Assembly (NCBI RefSeq): GCF_018977255.1
Contig: NW_024704743.1
Span: forward strand, 60,576,001-60,640,000
Reading direction: 5' to 3'
Source of the DNA: Callorhinchus milii
Taxonomy: Eukaryota
DNA: 64,000 nt
The first letter of the stretch is position 1. The number at the start of each line of letters is the position of its first letter. Below, in pieces: positions 1 to 14,512 of the stretch. The translations under genes and the position numbers were made by a program. Under the pieces are notes generated by a model. It did not search any database. It saw only the letters and a program-made list of their open reading frames with translations, and was not told the origin of the DNA.

Positions 1-3000
1 AATATGCAGCCACTATACTGTACAGTAAAGGTTTTTGTTTCATGGTGAAAGTGCAGCAGATATTTTTCTTCCTCAATCTCGTTAGTTTATACAGCATGTA
101 TCTCTCTCGTGAACTTATGATGTCCTTTAATGCTATTTAGATTGTGTGGTAGTTCAGATCAATCAGGTTCACCTGTAACTCAGATGAGGTCGACATCTTA
201 CCACAATGTTTTAAATTGACTGTACTGCTTAAAGGTTGGTATTAGTAGGGCTAATTTGTGGATTTTTTTTACTGGGATTTATGGAAATGCTGCATTCTAA
301 TTGGGATTCTTAGAAACACGTGGGGTTAAATCCAAACAGCCTTTGACAATTAAGGGTATAAAGATCCTGTGGCTTGGAATTTCAATTTACCTTCCAGGCT
401 GATGTGAGGCAATAATGGGAAATCCACACTGTGAATGTTGCTACACATAATATCAAACAGCTCTCTAAAGACTGGGAGAAGGTGACATTATCCTTAATCT
501 TATGTTCAACATCAACTGCATGGAGTTTGCTAGTTAGACTCCAGCAGTAAACCAATATACACTCTGGGGTCCCCAAGCCTTGGATCTTGCCAAGCTGTGC
601 CTAAACATTTGAGGATTACGTAAGCATGGGATATCCCTCCAGGGAGAGAGTAAGCACACCATACGAAATGGAAGCTTTCACACATGAAACTCTCTTGTCA
701 TTTTTTGTGGCTTATGTTCAACTTTATTGTAAACAGCATAAGTTTGGTAAAAGAGAAACCCAGTTATTTAAAATTAATTGTGACCAAAAAAGAAGATACT
801 GAGGATATTTGATAGGGTTAATCAGACAAAATAAGCAATATGGGACATTATTTATCATCCTACCCTCATGCGATAAATAAGACCAGCAGAAAAGACTCCT
901 GATTATTTTAACTGAAGCATAATGCTGCACTAGGACCTAAACTGATGTCTATGCAGTGATTTGACTGTACATGACACTGTGCATATCTCCCACAGACTGG
1001 ATGCTACAGTAATTAGGTAGATTTATCATGCACAACGCATTATTCTATAACATAACCTCCAAGACAGGAATCATGTGAAATATTTCATTGAAGTAGAAAT
1101 TGATTCATTAGGCAGCATTAGATTCAATAGAATTACCACCAAGCAATATTTTTATTGCAGGTTATTTTGCCGGGCAGGTTTACCAGTCACTCTTTTTCTC
1201 ATTTTTCAGGATAACGAATCCAAAAAGTCAAAATCCTGTTCTTAACCAGAAAGAGTAGAGGTAGAATATTTTAAGGTTTGACTTTTAACAAATGATGTGC
1301 CGATAGCCTCACAGATGAAGACATTTAGATGTCATCTTTTTATTTTCCCCTGAGGCAAAGATTTACATTTTACAAGTTCCAGATATTCAAGATAAGCTAA
1401 AAAAAGTATATTTAAAATAAGCCTAATGAATATTATAAAATGTTGGTGCAAACAGAAGCTACACATCATGTGATTATACAAAAATAACTGATTGCCTCTG
1501 AGCTGAGTTCTTGTGGGCTGTTAGGACACCTTTGAGGTTCCTTGCAGGAGGTGTACTTTACATCCTGGGATAATGATATTCCTTGCATCTGACAAAAAGT
1601 TTATAACTTTGAAATGACTCAAAGAGCTTCACAAGCAATTGTTGTCAAATGTAGTGACTGAGTTCATTAATTCATTAGTGGCATGATTAAGTTGAGTTGT
1701 GAGATAATTAATGTAAAATGTGAGTAGGAGGTTGCTTCATCCATCACAAGATCATAAAAGATATTAAGATGAATAATATCCTTTGGCCCACTTAATCTAA
1801 TTCTAGGTTATCAACTCTATACTCTGTGGTGGCTTTAGCAGCCTGAGTCAGATGAGCAAACCTCTGTCACGGGCACACCGGGCTGTCAGCAGTACACCAG
1901 GACGCTGCTGCTGGCAGAACAGACAGGCTGACTCATTGGCAGAACTTGGGGAGGTAGGCCAGTCACCAAGAAGCAGGAATAATTCCCACTCAACCCCTGT
2001 TAACCCTAAAAGCCATAACTCTAACAGATATTTGGCTCCACCCCCTTTTTCAGAAAGAGTTTCCTCTTCAAACGTGCTTACGGTCACCCCCTCTCTCATC
2101 CCGGCTCCTCATCAAATTCCGCCACTGTTAAGCGCCTCAGGACAGTAGCCCACATGAAAAGGGCTATATAATGCAAGTTGTTGTTGGTGGTGTACTCCAG
2201 TCCTAGCTGAATAAGCAGCAGAAAGCTTGTCAATGGTCCACTATGCAATTTTCGCTAGTTAAACCCAGCAATACCTCAATCCACATTCCAAGCCTTAACT
2301 CTCACTAAACCTCACCTAATAATCTCCAGAATTAGGTAACTAGGGTGCGTCCCTCCAGGGAGAGAGTACGCATTCCATTCCAGACACAGGGAATTTTCCA
2401 CGTGTAGTTGACATACATATGAGGTGCTTAAGCATGGTGCTGGGTTTCCTCAAGGGTACCAACTTGGCTGGCCAAAATAAATGTTTAGGACATCAGGACT
2501 TGGAACTCACATCGTCTATGCAGATGCACCCATAGTCACACCAGTGCAGTGCTGGGGGTGTGCTGCATTGTTGGAGGTGCTGTCCTTCGAACTGGACATT
2601 TAACCAAAACTATGTCTTCCTGTTTAAGTTGTACATTTAAACATCCCACGATACTGTTCGAGAAGGGAATTTCTCCAGGTGTCCTGGTTAACACGCCACC
2701 AAATAAAATTGGTCACCCACTTTGTGGATGTTTGTGATTCTAACACAAGAAAAAAGACATTAGCTGCCACATTCACCCACAAAACTCACAGACACTGCCC
2801 TTTACAGTATATCCTGTGAAGCACTTTGGGACTTCCTCTCAATGTTAAAGGTGTTATACCAAATGTAAGGATTATTATTATTAAATTTCTCAAGTAAAGT
2901 CTTTATCCCCATTCCTGCTGCGCATTATCATTTGGGTAAATAAATACTTCACACTGTTCACACAGAAGATAATCTGTACTAAAATGCTGTTCAACACCTC

Positions 3001-5715
3001 TGAATTTATATGTTCTTGCCATTTTGTCTTGGTATATCAGAATGTAATTGTAAGGATTGCTTTTGCTTGCACTTTAAGGATTTTATACATCTTTATCAGC
3101 TCCCCTAAGAATATGAATAGCCTTAACCTATCTAATTGTTCTTCACATTTCATCCCTTTAACACTGGTGATCATACTTGTTGCTCTCCTGTGTACTGCCC
3201 CCTTATGACTGAAGCTGTACATGCTATACTCCCACTGGATCTCCATTTAATCATGCTGCATTTGAAACTGATTCTAACACAAGAAAAAAGACATAATATG
3301 AAAATGTTATTTCTTTATTGAGAATATCATTAATTCTGATTTATGATACATCATTCAATTATGCGTGAAATGGCGGTATGATGTAGCCTTTATTTGAAAT
3401 GTTTTTTAAATAAATCAGCGTATTTTTTTAAAAAAACTAAATGACCCATAAACCCAATTTATGTATTTCATTGCTTGAAGCAGCTGGCATAAAGAAGGCA
3501 GAAAAATGCAATGAGTACAGTACACCTCTGTTTGTGTTCCCACTGGCTAATCCAGGCTGAGAATAATAGCGTCATTGGCTCTGACTTCAGAAGAAATGTC
3601 AGCAGGATAAATCATTATAATAAATTTTAGAAGTATGACGGTTGAATTGGAATAAGATGCCCCAAAGTTATTACAATGAAACGAGTGATCAGTAGTTCTG
3701 AGGTTAAGGTAAAGCAGTTGATATGGTCTGTACAAAAGCTGGAGTGCACTTAAGTGTCAACCTGGACTCAAAATCCCAATGTGGAGCTTGAACCCACAAT
3801 CTTCTGCCTCAGGGACAAGAGTAATAATCCTTGCATTTGATGTAATGCCTTATCACATCTTTGCGATGTCTCAAAGCGCTTCACAGAATATACTGTAAAG
3901 TTAATTGACTGCATATTTTGCGGGCGAAACACAACAGCCAATTGCACACAGCAGTGTCCCACAAAAAGTCGTGGATTGAGTGAAAAAAATTGTTTTTTTT
4001 ATGGGATTATTAACCCCAGTAAGTGATCTGCTAATTGACTAATAAGCGGGGTCCTACATACTGCTAGGTTAACAGAGACATGTGGAGTAAGGGAACCTGC
4101 CTAAGACAATCAAACCCAGGTTCTCTCGCTTGCAAGGCAAGTACTTGAACCATTATACTACAGAACTGAACTTATTTCCATCTAACTGCCTTCAGCACTG
4201 ATTCAAGGTTCAGTCTTTTTTCCTGTTTTTTCTGTCTCAGATTATTTATTGTTATGTCTGCACTTGTTGTATAATGCAATTGCTAATTATTGTGTTTATC
4301 ATTTCCGTTTCTGAGATAATCCTCTGTTTGTTTTAATTTATAAATCATTTTACTGGAGTCTGTCAATTATTCTAGTTCCATGTGCGTTTCTTTTATACCT
4401 GTAATCACTTTTATTCTTCTGTCTGCCTTGTTTTCAACTCATTGTCTTGTCTCAGCACTACAAGATGCTGCCCGTGTGAAAACCGCTATATAAATGCAAG
4501 TTGTTCCTTTATTAAGGCTATCAGCTTATTATGATTTCATTTTTCAAATGGATTCGTGAATGTCTTTATATTGTCTTGTAATTTGTAAATTATATTCATT
4601 AATTGGAGAGACCACAGAAACTGGGAATGTTCACATTAAAGAGAAGGATGAGGGGAGATCTAATTGAAGTATAAATAAACTAAGAATAAGTTTAGCATAA
4701 TCAGTAATTACAACTCAGACACATGGTCTTAAACCCAGAAGAGAGCAGGTGAACAGACAGATACAGAACAGGTTTAATTTATATGGAATATACTGTATTA
4801 CCCCAGGAGACAGTGGAGGCAAATTATTAAACAAATTCAAGAAATAAGTATATTGAAGTTGTTTAGAGAAGAATTTGATTGGGGTGTATGAGATACAATA
4901 CAGTAGGATTATTTATGGTTTTTTAAAATTTGCAATGTTCCTATCTGTTTTCTCTTTATCATTCTCTCTTTGCTTCCACACACTTTCTAATATTGTTTTT
5001 ATATTTCATACAATCTTGTCTCTGCTGATGAAACTGACAGGTCTAATCTCAGCTGCAGTGCTCAAAATAAACCATGAGCAGAGTAGCCAAGTGGAGCAGG
5101 TGACCCACAAGCCTCTGGGGATGTAACTCACAAATACTCTTTGATGAGCCTTCAAATAGGTTCACATTGGAAAAAATAGTCCATAAATTAACAATGGGAG
5201 GTCCAGGCACTGTCTGGCTCGATTAAGTGCCCTCTGACCATTGGGTCAGAAGCTGTAAGTTCAAGTTCCATGATCGGAAGATTGTGTTCCTGGTCTAGGC
5301 TGACACTCCAGTGCAGTGGTGGTGGACAGCTGTATTGCTGAAGTTTCTCTTCTTTTGATGAGATGTTAAATCTGTTTGTTCATGTGGATGTCATAGAACC
5401 CGTGTGCCAGCCTCGAGCAGTGGTAGCACTTGAATCAGAAGATTGTGGGTTTAAGCCCCACATTGGGGCTTGGTATCACAAAAAGTCCAAACTGCTGGGG
5501 ATGAGTTGCATTGTTGGAGGTGCCATCCTTCACATGAGACGTTAAACCAAGGACCTGTCTGCCTGTTCAGGTGGACATTAAAGATCCCATGCCACTATTT
5601 GAAAAGAGAAGGGAGTTTCTCCCAGTGCCCTGACCAACAATCCACAAATATAATGGATCATTTACTCCAAGGCTGTTTCTGGAAGACTACCGTGTGCAAT
5701 AGTCTGCTGTGTCCG

Positions 5716-7252
5716 CATGAAACTGACCACCTGCTCCCTCAACCCCATCCTTACCCTTCTCCTGACTTCCTAGCTCCACCTCCTTGCCCCTCTCCTCTCA
5801 GACATCATAAATCTCTCCCTGTCCTTTGGCACTGTTCCCACCCCTTTAAAAAAGGCCACCATCAAGCCTATCCTTAAAAAACCCTCCCTGGACCCATTCC
5901 TGCTCTCAAACTATACCCCCATCTCCAACCTTCCTTTCCTCACCAAGGTCCTGGAACGAGTTGTTGCTTCCCAACTTCGCTCCTTCCTCTCCTGCCATTA
6001 CTTTCACAAACCCCTCCAATCGGGTTTCCGTGCCGCCCACATCACAGAAACAACTCTGGTCAAAATGACAAATGACATTCTGTACATCTTTGACTAGGGC
6101 TTCCTCTGCCCCCTCGTCCTCCTTGACCTCTCTGTTGCCTTCGACATGGTTGACCACTATCCTCATCCACTGCCTCTTGTCTAAACTCAACCTTCATGAT
6201 TCTGTCCTTGAATGATTCAGATCCTACCTCTCACATCGCCTCCACAAACAGTTTCTCCTCCAGTCCCCACACCATCTCGTGCGGCATTCCTCATGGCTCT
6301 GTCCTTGGTCCCCTCCTCTTCAATATCTATATGCTTCCTTTTGGTGATATCATCTGCAGACATGGGGTCAACTTCCACATGTACAGGGTTGACACCCAAC
6401 TCTACCTCGCTGCCTCCACCCTTGACTCCAGGACCACTGCTGTCCTGATAGAATGTCTGTCAGACATCAAGTCCTGGATAAGAGCTAACTTTCTTCAGTT
6501 GAATGTCAACAAGACCGAGGCTCTCCTGATTGGCTCCTGTCAGTGCCTCCACACCTCAGACGCTGACAGTATCACAACCTGCTTTGCCTTCCCGCACCTC
6601 CGCGTCATCGCCCGGCTCAGCCACTGTCTCACACCTCAGGCTGCTGATACCTTCATATAAGCATTCATAACATTCAGTCTTGACTATGCAAACTCCTTGC
6701 TTGTCGGCCTCCCCAACTCCTCCCTACATAGGCTGCAGATCATCCAGAACTCTTCAGTTCATGTCCTCTCCCACACCAGACTCCGTGACCCTATCACCCC
6801 CATCCTCACCCAACTCTACTGGTTTCCCATCATACAGAAGATACAGTTCAAGATCCTGGTCCTCACCCTCAAAGTCCTCCATGGCCTCCTCCTCACACCT
6901 CCGCGACCTCTTAACCCCCTACTATCCTGCTTGCTTCCTCCTTTCAGCAGGCTTCATGGCCCTCGCTTCGCCTGCCCCACCATTGGTGGGCGGCCTTCTG
7001 CCACTCTGCCCCCACTCTCTGGAACTCTATCCCACAGTCCCCTGTGCCTCGCCCCCCGTCTTGCCTCCTTCAAGACCCATCTCAAGACCCTCCTCTTTGA
7101 CCGTGCTTTTGATCATCCTCCTTCCCCCCACCCCGCCATCCACTCTCCCCCAATCCCGACCCCCAGCTCGGGGCCGAAACACTGACTGTCCAGCACCTTG
7201 GGACGTCCTCCCGACATGAAAGGTGCTATACAAATGTAATTTTGTTGTTGTT
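5716..7252 (+). mobile_element. L2-clade LINE, 5'-truncated, frameshifted RT
   Basis: CGIPHGSVLGPLLFNIYMLP, HMYRVDTQLY (degenerate YADD), FLQLNVNKTE, LHRLQIIQNSS, SFKTHLKTLLFDRAF; ends in stem-loop plus (ttg)n. Confidence 0.92.
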
Positions 7253-9499
7253 GTGTTTGCCCACAAATTACAGAGTCAATCCATTTTACAGTATATCCTG
7301 TGAAGAGCTTTGAGACATCTCAACAACGTGCCAAGGCACTATATCAAATGCAAAGATTATTATATTATGATTATGACACTATTCAAAACAAATTTGTCTC
7401 AGTGTCCTTGCCAACAACCCTCCAGTTTGATCATTCTTTAATAATTATTCATCAATTATTAAATTTTTCTTCCCCATATCTTTCGTTCATAATGTTTAAA
7501 ATCAGTAAAAAAAATCTTGTCTCTGCAGTATTTCTTCCACACCCATGTCTTTACAGTCATTAGAAGGCATTTTATATCTTGGTTTATTAGAAAGTGTTTC
7601 ACACTAAGACTAAATTCAAGAGTTTTCCAGCATTTTGCGGAATCAAAAATGTTAGGATCAAATGGTTTCAAAGGCCAAGTTGCGATGGAATTTTAGGTTT
7701 GAGACAGGAGGAAAAATGAATAATGATCAAATTAGGTCATGAAACAGAACCTAAATAATGAAGCATGTTGAAAGGGCTGAATGGACATTTTTTTCCTTCT
7801 GGTGATCTTTCATGTTTCTATATTTTGCTTTTTACACAATTAAAATCCACATTCAAATGTCTAAAAGAACATATGGCCATTTGTTCCAGTCATAAATCAC
7901 ATCTTCAGATTTATAAATGGACAGTCACTGTGACGTACCATGATCAAGATTCCCTATTAGCAAATCTCATTGTGAGACAGTACTTTTAGACCACATCAAA
8001 TCTTTACTCTTAAGTGATACTTATAATTTGAAGCTATGCTCTCTTGTATTCAAATGCATCATTGGAGCAGCACAAAAAACAATTGGCCTAATTTAAATTG
8101 TCAGCTTCGAAATTAGTTATTTTACTTTGTGCTTTGTTCTGAATTGCATTTAGTAAACTAGTATTACCATTAATTCTAAACTTAAATGTAATTGCTTTGG
8201 GCAGCAAAAGAAGGAAGTTTTCACTTTGCATACCAGAGCCCACATACGCATTGAAAATATTGCACAGTCTTTAAGATTCTAATTCCCACCCTGCTAACAT
8301 GCTACCAGCTGGAGGATTTATTTCAACAGATTAGCATTGATTTGGAAGAACACTTGATTGCTTTTGCTTCAGCACTATTCAACACCCTGTTAAATTATTG
8401 CCGAGGAATTCTTCCACTATTCTTTTCAACAGAGAAAATTGAAAACATTTGTCAAGATTCACAACAACAATAATAATCCTTGCATTTCAAATAACTCCTT
8501 TCACATCAGGAGGTCATTTCAAATTGCTTCACAATACTTATTATAATGTGTAGTGACTGTGTATTTTGTAGTGCAAATGTAACAGCATGTACAATGTCCT
8601 AAAAAGACCCATGAAGTGAAGCAATGGGGCAGGTCAATGAACAACATTCAGCACAAAAGAATTGCCCTGATACCTTCATGTAGAATGATAGCGTCAAAGC
8701 AAGTAGTTGGCCATCCACTGTGCCAAATGGATCATTAGCTTAGGAACAGCATATTGTTTCTAATTGATTATGTTCACAACAAAAGATGATGACATAAAGC
8801 AAATACATGAAGAGATGCATTCAAAATACTGCAGACCTGAAACTAACTCAGTGTTAGCTTAATTTTTTCAATTTCAAATTTTATTGATTCCTCTACTGAA
8901 GCCAAGGTTCATTTGGTATGTATCCATCAGCACTGTCTGCTTTGATAGCTCATCCAAGTGGGACGTTCTGTCTGTATGAGGCTGGAGGAGATTATTGTGA
9001 GCATCACAGCCAATTTCAACCATCTTCTCATCTGGCCAGTGACCATTTAATAATACTACTACTAATAATAATAATCCTTGCATTTGATACATCGCCTTAT
9101 CATGTCATGGAAATTTTTCCAAGCACTTCACATGATACACTGTAAAGTGGTTTGACTGTATTTTGTGGACGAAATTCAAAAGAGTGAATGTTTGTGCTTG
9201 TTTTGCGCAAGACGTGACCCATTTTCAGTTTTCGTTTTAGTTCCACAGATTGGGACGGGTGCAATAGGCTCCTGAAATACTTTGTCTGATCCTGATTTTT
9301 ACCGTGTTTATGTTTTAGTTTGTGCTTTGTATCCTTTCCTTGTTGGAGAAATAATCCTCACGTCAATTACTTTTTATTAGACTATAAATATTTGTTTTAA
9401 TTTAGTGTGTTTGATTTTTTTTTCTAACCTTCTCCCCACTGCCATATGCCTGGTCTGGCTTCCTCCTGCTGGAGTGTGGTTGCGCAGGTGCTGGTCACC

Positions 9500-9770
9500 C
9501 AGCGTTACCCTCCTCAAGTGGTCTTTGTGTGACCCTTGGCAAAGAATGTCAGCAGGAAACACACACACACATGCACATCTGGTAAATGGTGGTGTAGGGG
9601 TACCGGGAGCAGGAAGCCGGACTAACCTTGCACTGGTCAGAGCTGATTTCCCATGCAATTTTAGTATCCTCGGCTGAACTAAAATTCAACAGCAACCCCA
9701 GCGCAGATCAGGATTAGAACCAGTGAGCTCTTGGTCTGTAACCTCCAGCTCTACCCACTAGACCACGACG
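9500..9770 (-). mobile_element. Old tRNA-headed SINE-like relic; related fragments at about 33590-33740(-) and 59760-59990(+)
   Basis: Minus strand begins cgtggtctagtgggtagagc (A-box-like) and ggttctaatcc (B-box-like); heavily diverged. Confidence 0.45.
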
Positions 9771-11077
9771 TCTGTCCTAAACTATAAATCTTTGCCAAGG
9801 TTTTTATGGTATACCTTCCAGTCTAATACTGCCCCCAGGCATCAAACCATCATACTATTTTAGTACCTTGTGATAGAATCTCAGAAAAAGAAACCTATAT
9901 AGTGAGATTATGGAGTAGGCAGCAGCCAAAGATCTGGAACGACAACAGAGGGAAGTTTTCGAAATTCAACCCAATTATACTAAAGGTTTTCCAGATGTCT
10001 TGGCCTGAAAACTGTCAATCAAAGTCTATGCTTGAATGATAGCTATGCCCCAGAGCTATTGTACCAAGATTCAGGGCTATGGTGAAGTACAAGATGCCAT
10101 AGTGTCATTATATAATTACACCTATACTTTAATCTTTCTTAAGGAATCTTCATTAATCTTCATTTTCTAACAAAGGAGAAACACAAACACTTTTGTTGCT
10201 GTACTGAATTACTCTGTTATTTTTTATCTTAAAAAAAACTTTCTTTGCTAACTTCCTGCTGATGCTTTTGTTTTAACTGGTGGCAGAGACTTTACTTAAG
10301 AATTGGAGTAATCTCCTTCGCCCCTTACAAGATCACCTAAAGAGGTCACTCAGAATCCAGAAAAATGGTTATTGTATGAATATTCATTCTGAATTATAGA
10401 GAACCCTGAGGGCAGCCTGTCATGTAAGAGGGTTCATCTATGAAGAAAAACTAGACAAGCTAGGGCTGTTCAGCCTTGAAAACATACATCTTATAGGAGA
10501 CTTGATAAAATAAAATGCTAAATTGGATTGAGATAGTAAAGCTAGAATGATACTTTCAGATACACCAAACAGCAGAATATCGTTCTGATTCAGGGTTCAG
10601 GGTTGCAAAGAGGCAATTTCAGGGCAGACAACAGGATGTGTTTTCTTTACTCAGAGGTTACCAGGAAGTGTGGTTCAGGCCAGGATGCCGGACTCATTTA
10701 AGAAACAGCCTGATGCTATAATGGGAGGATGGTAGCATGGCTGTTCTAGAAAGATGAGATTGAATGGATCAAATGGCCATATATATACTTTCACAAATTC
10801 ATAAGGAAATGGTATAACAATACATTCAACTTCTTAAACTTGATATATGACTTTTCATATCAGGAAAATGCCTCAAAGCGCTTCATAGAATATACTGTGA
10901 AGTGGAGTGACTTTATTTTGCAGGCAATGGAAGAATTGCAAACATTTACAAAGAATGTACAGCACAGAATCAGATCACTCAGCCCAACCAGTCCACACTG
11001 GTGTTTATACTCCACGTGGGTCTCCACCCATTTCTTACTCCTTTCACTACCTTCTGTTCCCCTCTCCAAGGTGAATG

Positions 11078-11600
11078 TCAGAATCGAGCCAATCCTCTGG
11101 GGTGGTCTCAGTAGTCCAGTTCCTGAGTCAGGTGGGTCTGCAGTACTCCAGGGCACAACTGATGACAGCCCAACCAACCTGGCTTATTGGTAGGACTTGG
11201 AAGGGCAGACCAGTCACTGGGGATGAGGATTATTCCCACTCAGATCCCGTTAACCCTACAAATCAAAGTACTAATGGGTAGGGTGATCCTACAAGGAAAG
11301 CTTACCAGACAGTGGATTCAATGGCAAGCTATATGGTTTTAGTTAGTTGGACTCCAGGAATACCTCAATGTACACTCTGGGGTTCCCCAAGCCTTGGCTC
11401 TTGCCAAATGTGCCTAATACACTCCAGAATTAGGTAAGCAGGATGCGTGCCTCCAGGGAGAGAGTATACATTCCAATACATATCCCAGGAATATTCATGT
11501 GTAAGTGGGATGCATGGAACTCTCAGTCTAGTTTAGATACTCTTAAGTATGGTGATGGGTTTCCGCATGTGTCAGACACTTGGCTGACCAAAAAAGAAAA
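11078..11600 (+). repeat. Unclassified ~550-bp interspersed repeat; copies at about 500-700(+), 1822-2480(+), 16680-17205(-), 18240-18380(+), 37255-37520(-), 39150-39740(+)
   Basis: Colinear shared blocks: ccagttcctgagcc, gttaaccct, tacactctggggt-ccccaagcc, ccctccagggagagagt, ggtgatgggtttcc, ctgaccaaaa. Confidence 0.75.
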
Positions 11601-11814
11601 AGAATAAAGGAAATATTATTGGCCCCAATGGTTTAAATAATACTTCTTCATTTGAAGTTCACCAATTTACTACTTCAGCAAAATCCCACAAAGAATAAAT
11701 TCTGACACAGAAACCTTCATCAAATGAACCACAGGGAGGCAAAGAACAGTCCATTTTGATTCCGCAATGTACAAGAGGTAGAGGAATAGACTCTCGAGGG
11801 AGTAAAATTGCTTT

Positions 11815-13640
11815 TAAGAACATAAGAATTAGGAGCAGGAGTAGGCCATTCGGCCCCTCGAGCCTGCCCCGCCATTCGATAAGATCATGGCTGATCAGAC
11901 CTAATTCTAATTTCCTGCCCTATCCCCATATCCCCTAATCCCTCTATTTTTAAAAGATCTATCAGTCTCAGCCTTGAAGATGTTCAAGGTCTGAGCATCT
12001 GCAGCCTTCTGGGGTAGTGAATTCCATAAATTCCATAAATTCACTACCCTCTGAGTGAAGAAATGTTTCCTCAACTCTGTTCTAAAAGGCTGACCCTTAA
12101 TTTTAAGACTGTGACCCCTGGTTATAGATTCTCCTACCAGGGGAAACAGACCCTCAGTGTCTACTTTATCCAGCCCTTTAAGAATCTTATATGTTTCAAT
12201 AAGATCTCCCCTAATTCTTCTGTACTCTAGAGAATATAGCCCTAGTTTATTCAGCCTTTCCTCATAGGTCAGTCCCCTCATCCCAGGAACTAACCTAGTG
12301 AATCTACGCTGCACCCCCTCTAGGGCAAGTATGTCCTTTTTCAAATAAGGAGACCAAAACTGCACACAATACTCTAGGTGCGGTCTCACCAAGGCCCTAT
12401 ACAGTTGCAGCAAGACTTCCCTACTCTTGTACTCCAAACCTTTTGCAATGAACGCTAACATGCCGTTCGCCTTCTTAGTTGCTTGCTGCACCTGCAAGCT
12501 AACTTTTTGAGACTGGTGTACAAGGACACCCAAATCCCTCTGAACACTAACACTATCTAATCTCTCCCCCTCTAGAAAATAATCTGTTTTTCTATTTTTG
12601 CTACCTAGGTGAATAACTTCACATTAAATTCCATCTGCCACCTACTCGCCCACTCCCCTAGCCTAACTATATCCCGTTGCAATCTTTTTGCATCATCCTC
12701 AGAGCTTACTCTCCCACCTAGTTTAGTGTCATCCGCGAATTTAGATATGTTACATTCAATGTCCTCTTCTAGATCATGATGTAAAATGTAGACAATTTGA
12801 TGTAAATTGTAAATAGCTGAGGCCCAAGCACTGATCTTTGTGGCACTCCACTAGTCACATCCTGCCAATTCGAGAATGACCCATTTATCCCTACTCTCTG
12901 TTTTCTACCCGTTAGCCACTCTTCAATCCATGCTAATATGTTCCCATTAATCCCGTGGGCCTTAACCTTGTGCAATAGCCTTTTGTGTGGCACTTTGTCA
13001 AATGCCTTTTTAAAATCTAAATATACTACATCTACTGGTTCCCCCCTATCTAACCTGCTAGATACATCTTCAAAAAACTCTAAAAGATTAGTTAAGCATG
13101 ACTTCCCTTTTGTAAGGCCATGTTGACTCTGCCTAATCTTGTTATGGTCTTCCGGGAATCCCATAATGACATCTTTAATTAAGGACTCAAGAATTTTCCC
13201 TACCACTGATGTCAGACTAACTGGTCTATAATTTCCCATCTTTTCTCTCCCACCCTTCTTAAATAGTGGTGTTACGTTTGCAATCTTCCAATCAATGGGA
13301 ACCGTTCCAGAATCCAGAGAATTTTGGAAGATCAAAGACGTGCCATCCATTATCTCAGTAGCCACCTCTTTTAAAACCCTAGGATGTAGGCCATCAGGTC
13401 CAGGAGATTTATCAGTTTTAAGACCTGACAATTTACCTAAAACCGTTTCTTTACTAATATTAATTTCCCCAAGTTGCTCGCTAACATTGTCTTCTTGGTT
13501 CCCCTCTATTCTTGGTAGATTTTCAGTGTCTTCTAAGGTGAAGACAGTAGCAAAGCACTTGTTTAATGACTCTGCCATGTCTTTGTCCCCTACTATAATT
13601 CCCCCCGTCTCTGCCTGTAGCGGACTGACATTTACCTTTG
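11815..13640 (-). mobile_element. CR1-clade LINE, 5'-truncated, disrupted RT domain
   Basis: ORFs with KSPGPDGLHPRVLKE, NYRPVSLTS, VYLDFKKAFDKVPH, SGVPQRSVLGP, KFADDTKLGG (about 12720-12745) and [17 protein letters not shown]1-type 3' end with ttctta/ttctaa repeats. Confidence 0.95.
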
Positions 13641-14512
13641 AAAACAGTTATTTCTCAAACTGAATGGTGCTAGGTAACATTGCCAAATTACAAAGTAAAC
13701 ACTGTCCTTATAGAACAGGCAGATAGAATCTTCCTTTTCCAGCCCAGGTGAAATCAGCTTTTGTTTAAACATGAAACGTGCCACATAAGAAAGAAAGTAA
13801 GTGCTTTAGGGCATCCTGCTGCTGTGAAAGGCACTATATATGTGTAAATTGTGTTGAATTGTAAAGTTCTGGATAGATATGAAAATAACAGTCAAGAAGC
13901 TAAACAGAAAAATTCTCTGTATTTCTGAATATCGATATCGTTTAGAAATGTGGCCAGTCATTATTTTTTCTTCTTTCTTTTATCTCTGTAGACCATCACT
14001 CTACCACATTTTCACAGCTTCCACAGACCATCTGCTCCCCGCTGCCTCATCTATGTAGCCATTGTTAATACAAAATACAACTAACACCCTATATAGCTCC
14101 TTATATCTCAAAATGATACAAAGCTTTTGATACAATACGTGACTTTGAAGTGTGGTTATGAATGCAAATACAGCAGCTAGTTGGATCAGCAATGTCCCAC
14201 TAACTGAAATAATAGATATTAAATCTACTTTTGGATGAGTGAGCAGTATTGTACATGTGAAAAGGGAACTCCGAGCTCTTTTGTGAAATCTTTAACATTC
14301 CGAATCTTTAACAACCTGAACAGCCGGAGAGCGTCACGATTTAACATCTCGGCCATTACATCAGACAACGCAGGCTTCTCTCTGTGGGTGGGGTGGGTGG
14401 GTGATTTGGAGGTCACAGAGTTAGGGTGGGGGAGACAGTGGAGAGACTTGGAGGGAATGAGCATCAGATCACTGCAATTCAATCCAGAATATGGCATAAA
14501 GAAGATTATGCT

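Noticed and set aside
1210..1260. Plus-strand terminal exon of an upstream gene
   Set aside because: Good acceptor, but two of the three frames stop within 17 codons and no partner exon is visible in the window.
11907..13578. Intact reverse transcriptase gene (208-aa and 269-aa ORFs)
   Set aside because: CR1 relic with an insertion/frameshift before the FADD motif and no endonuclease domain.
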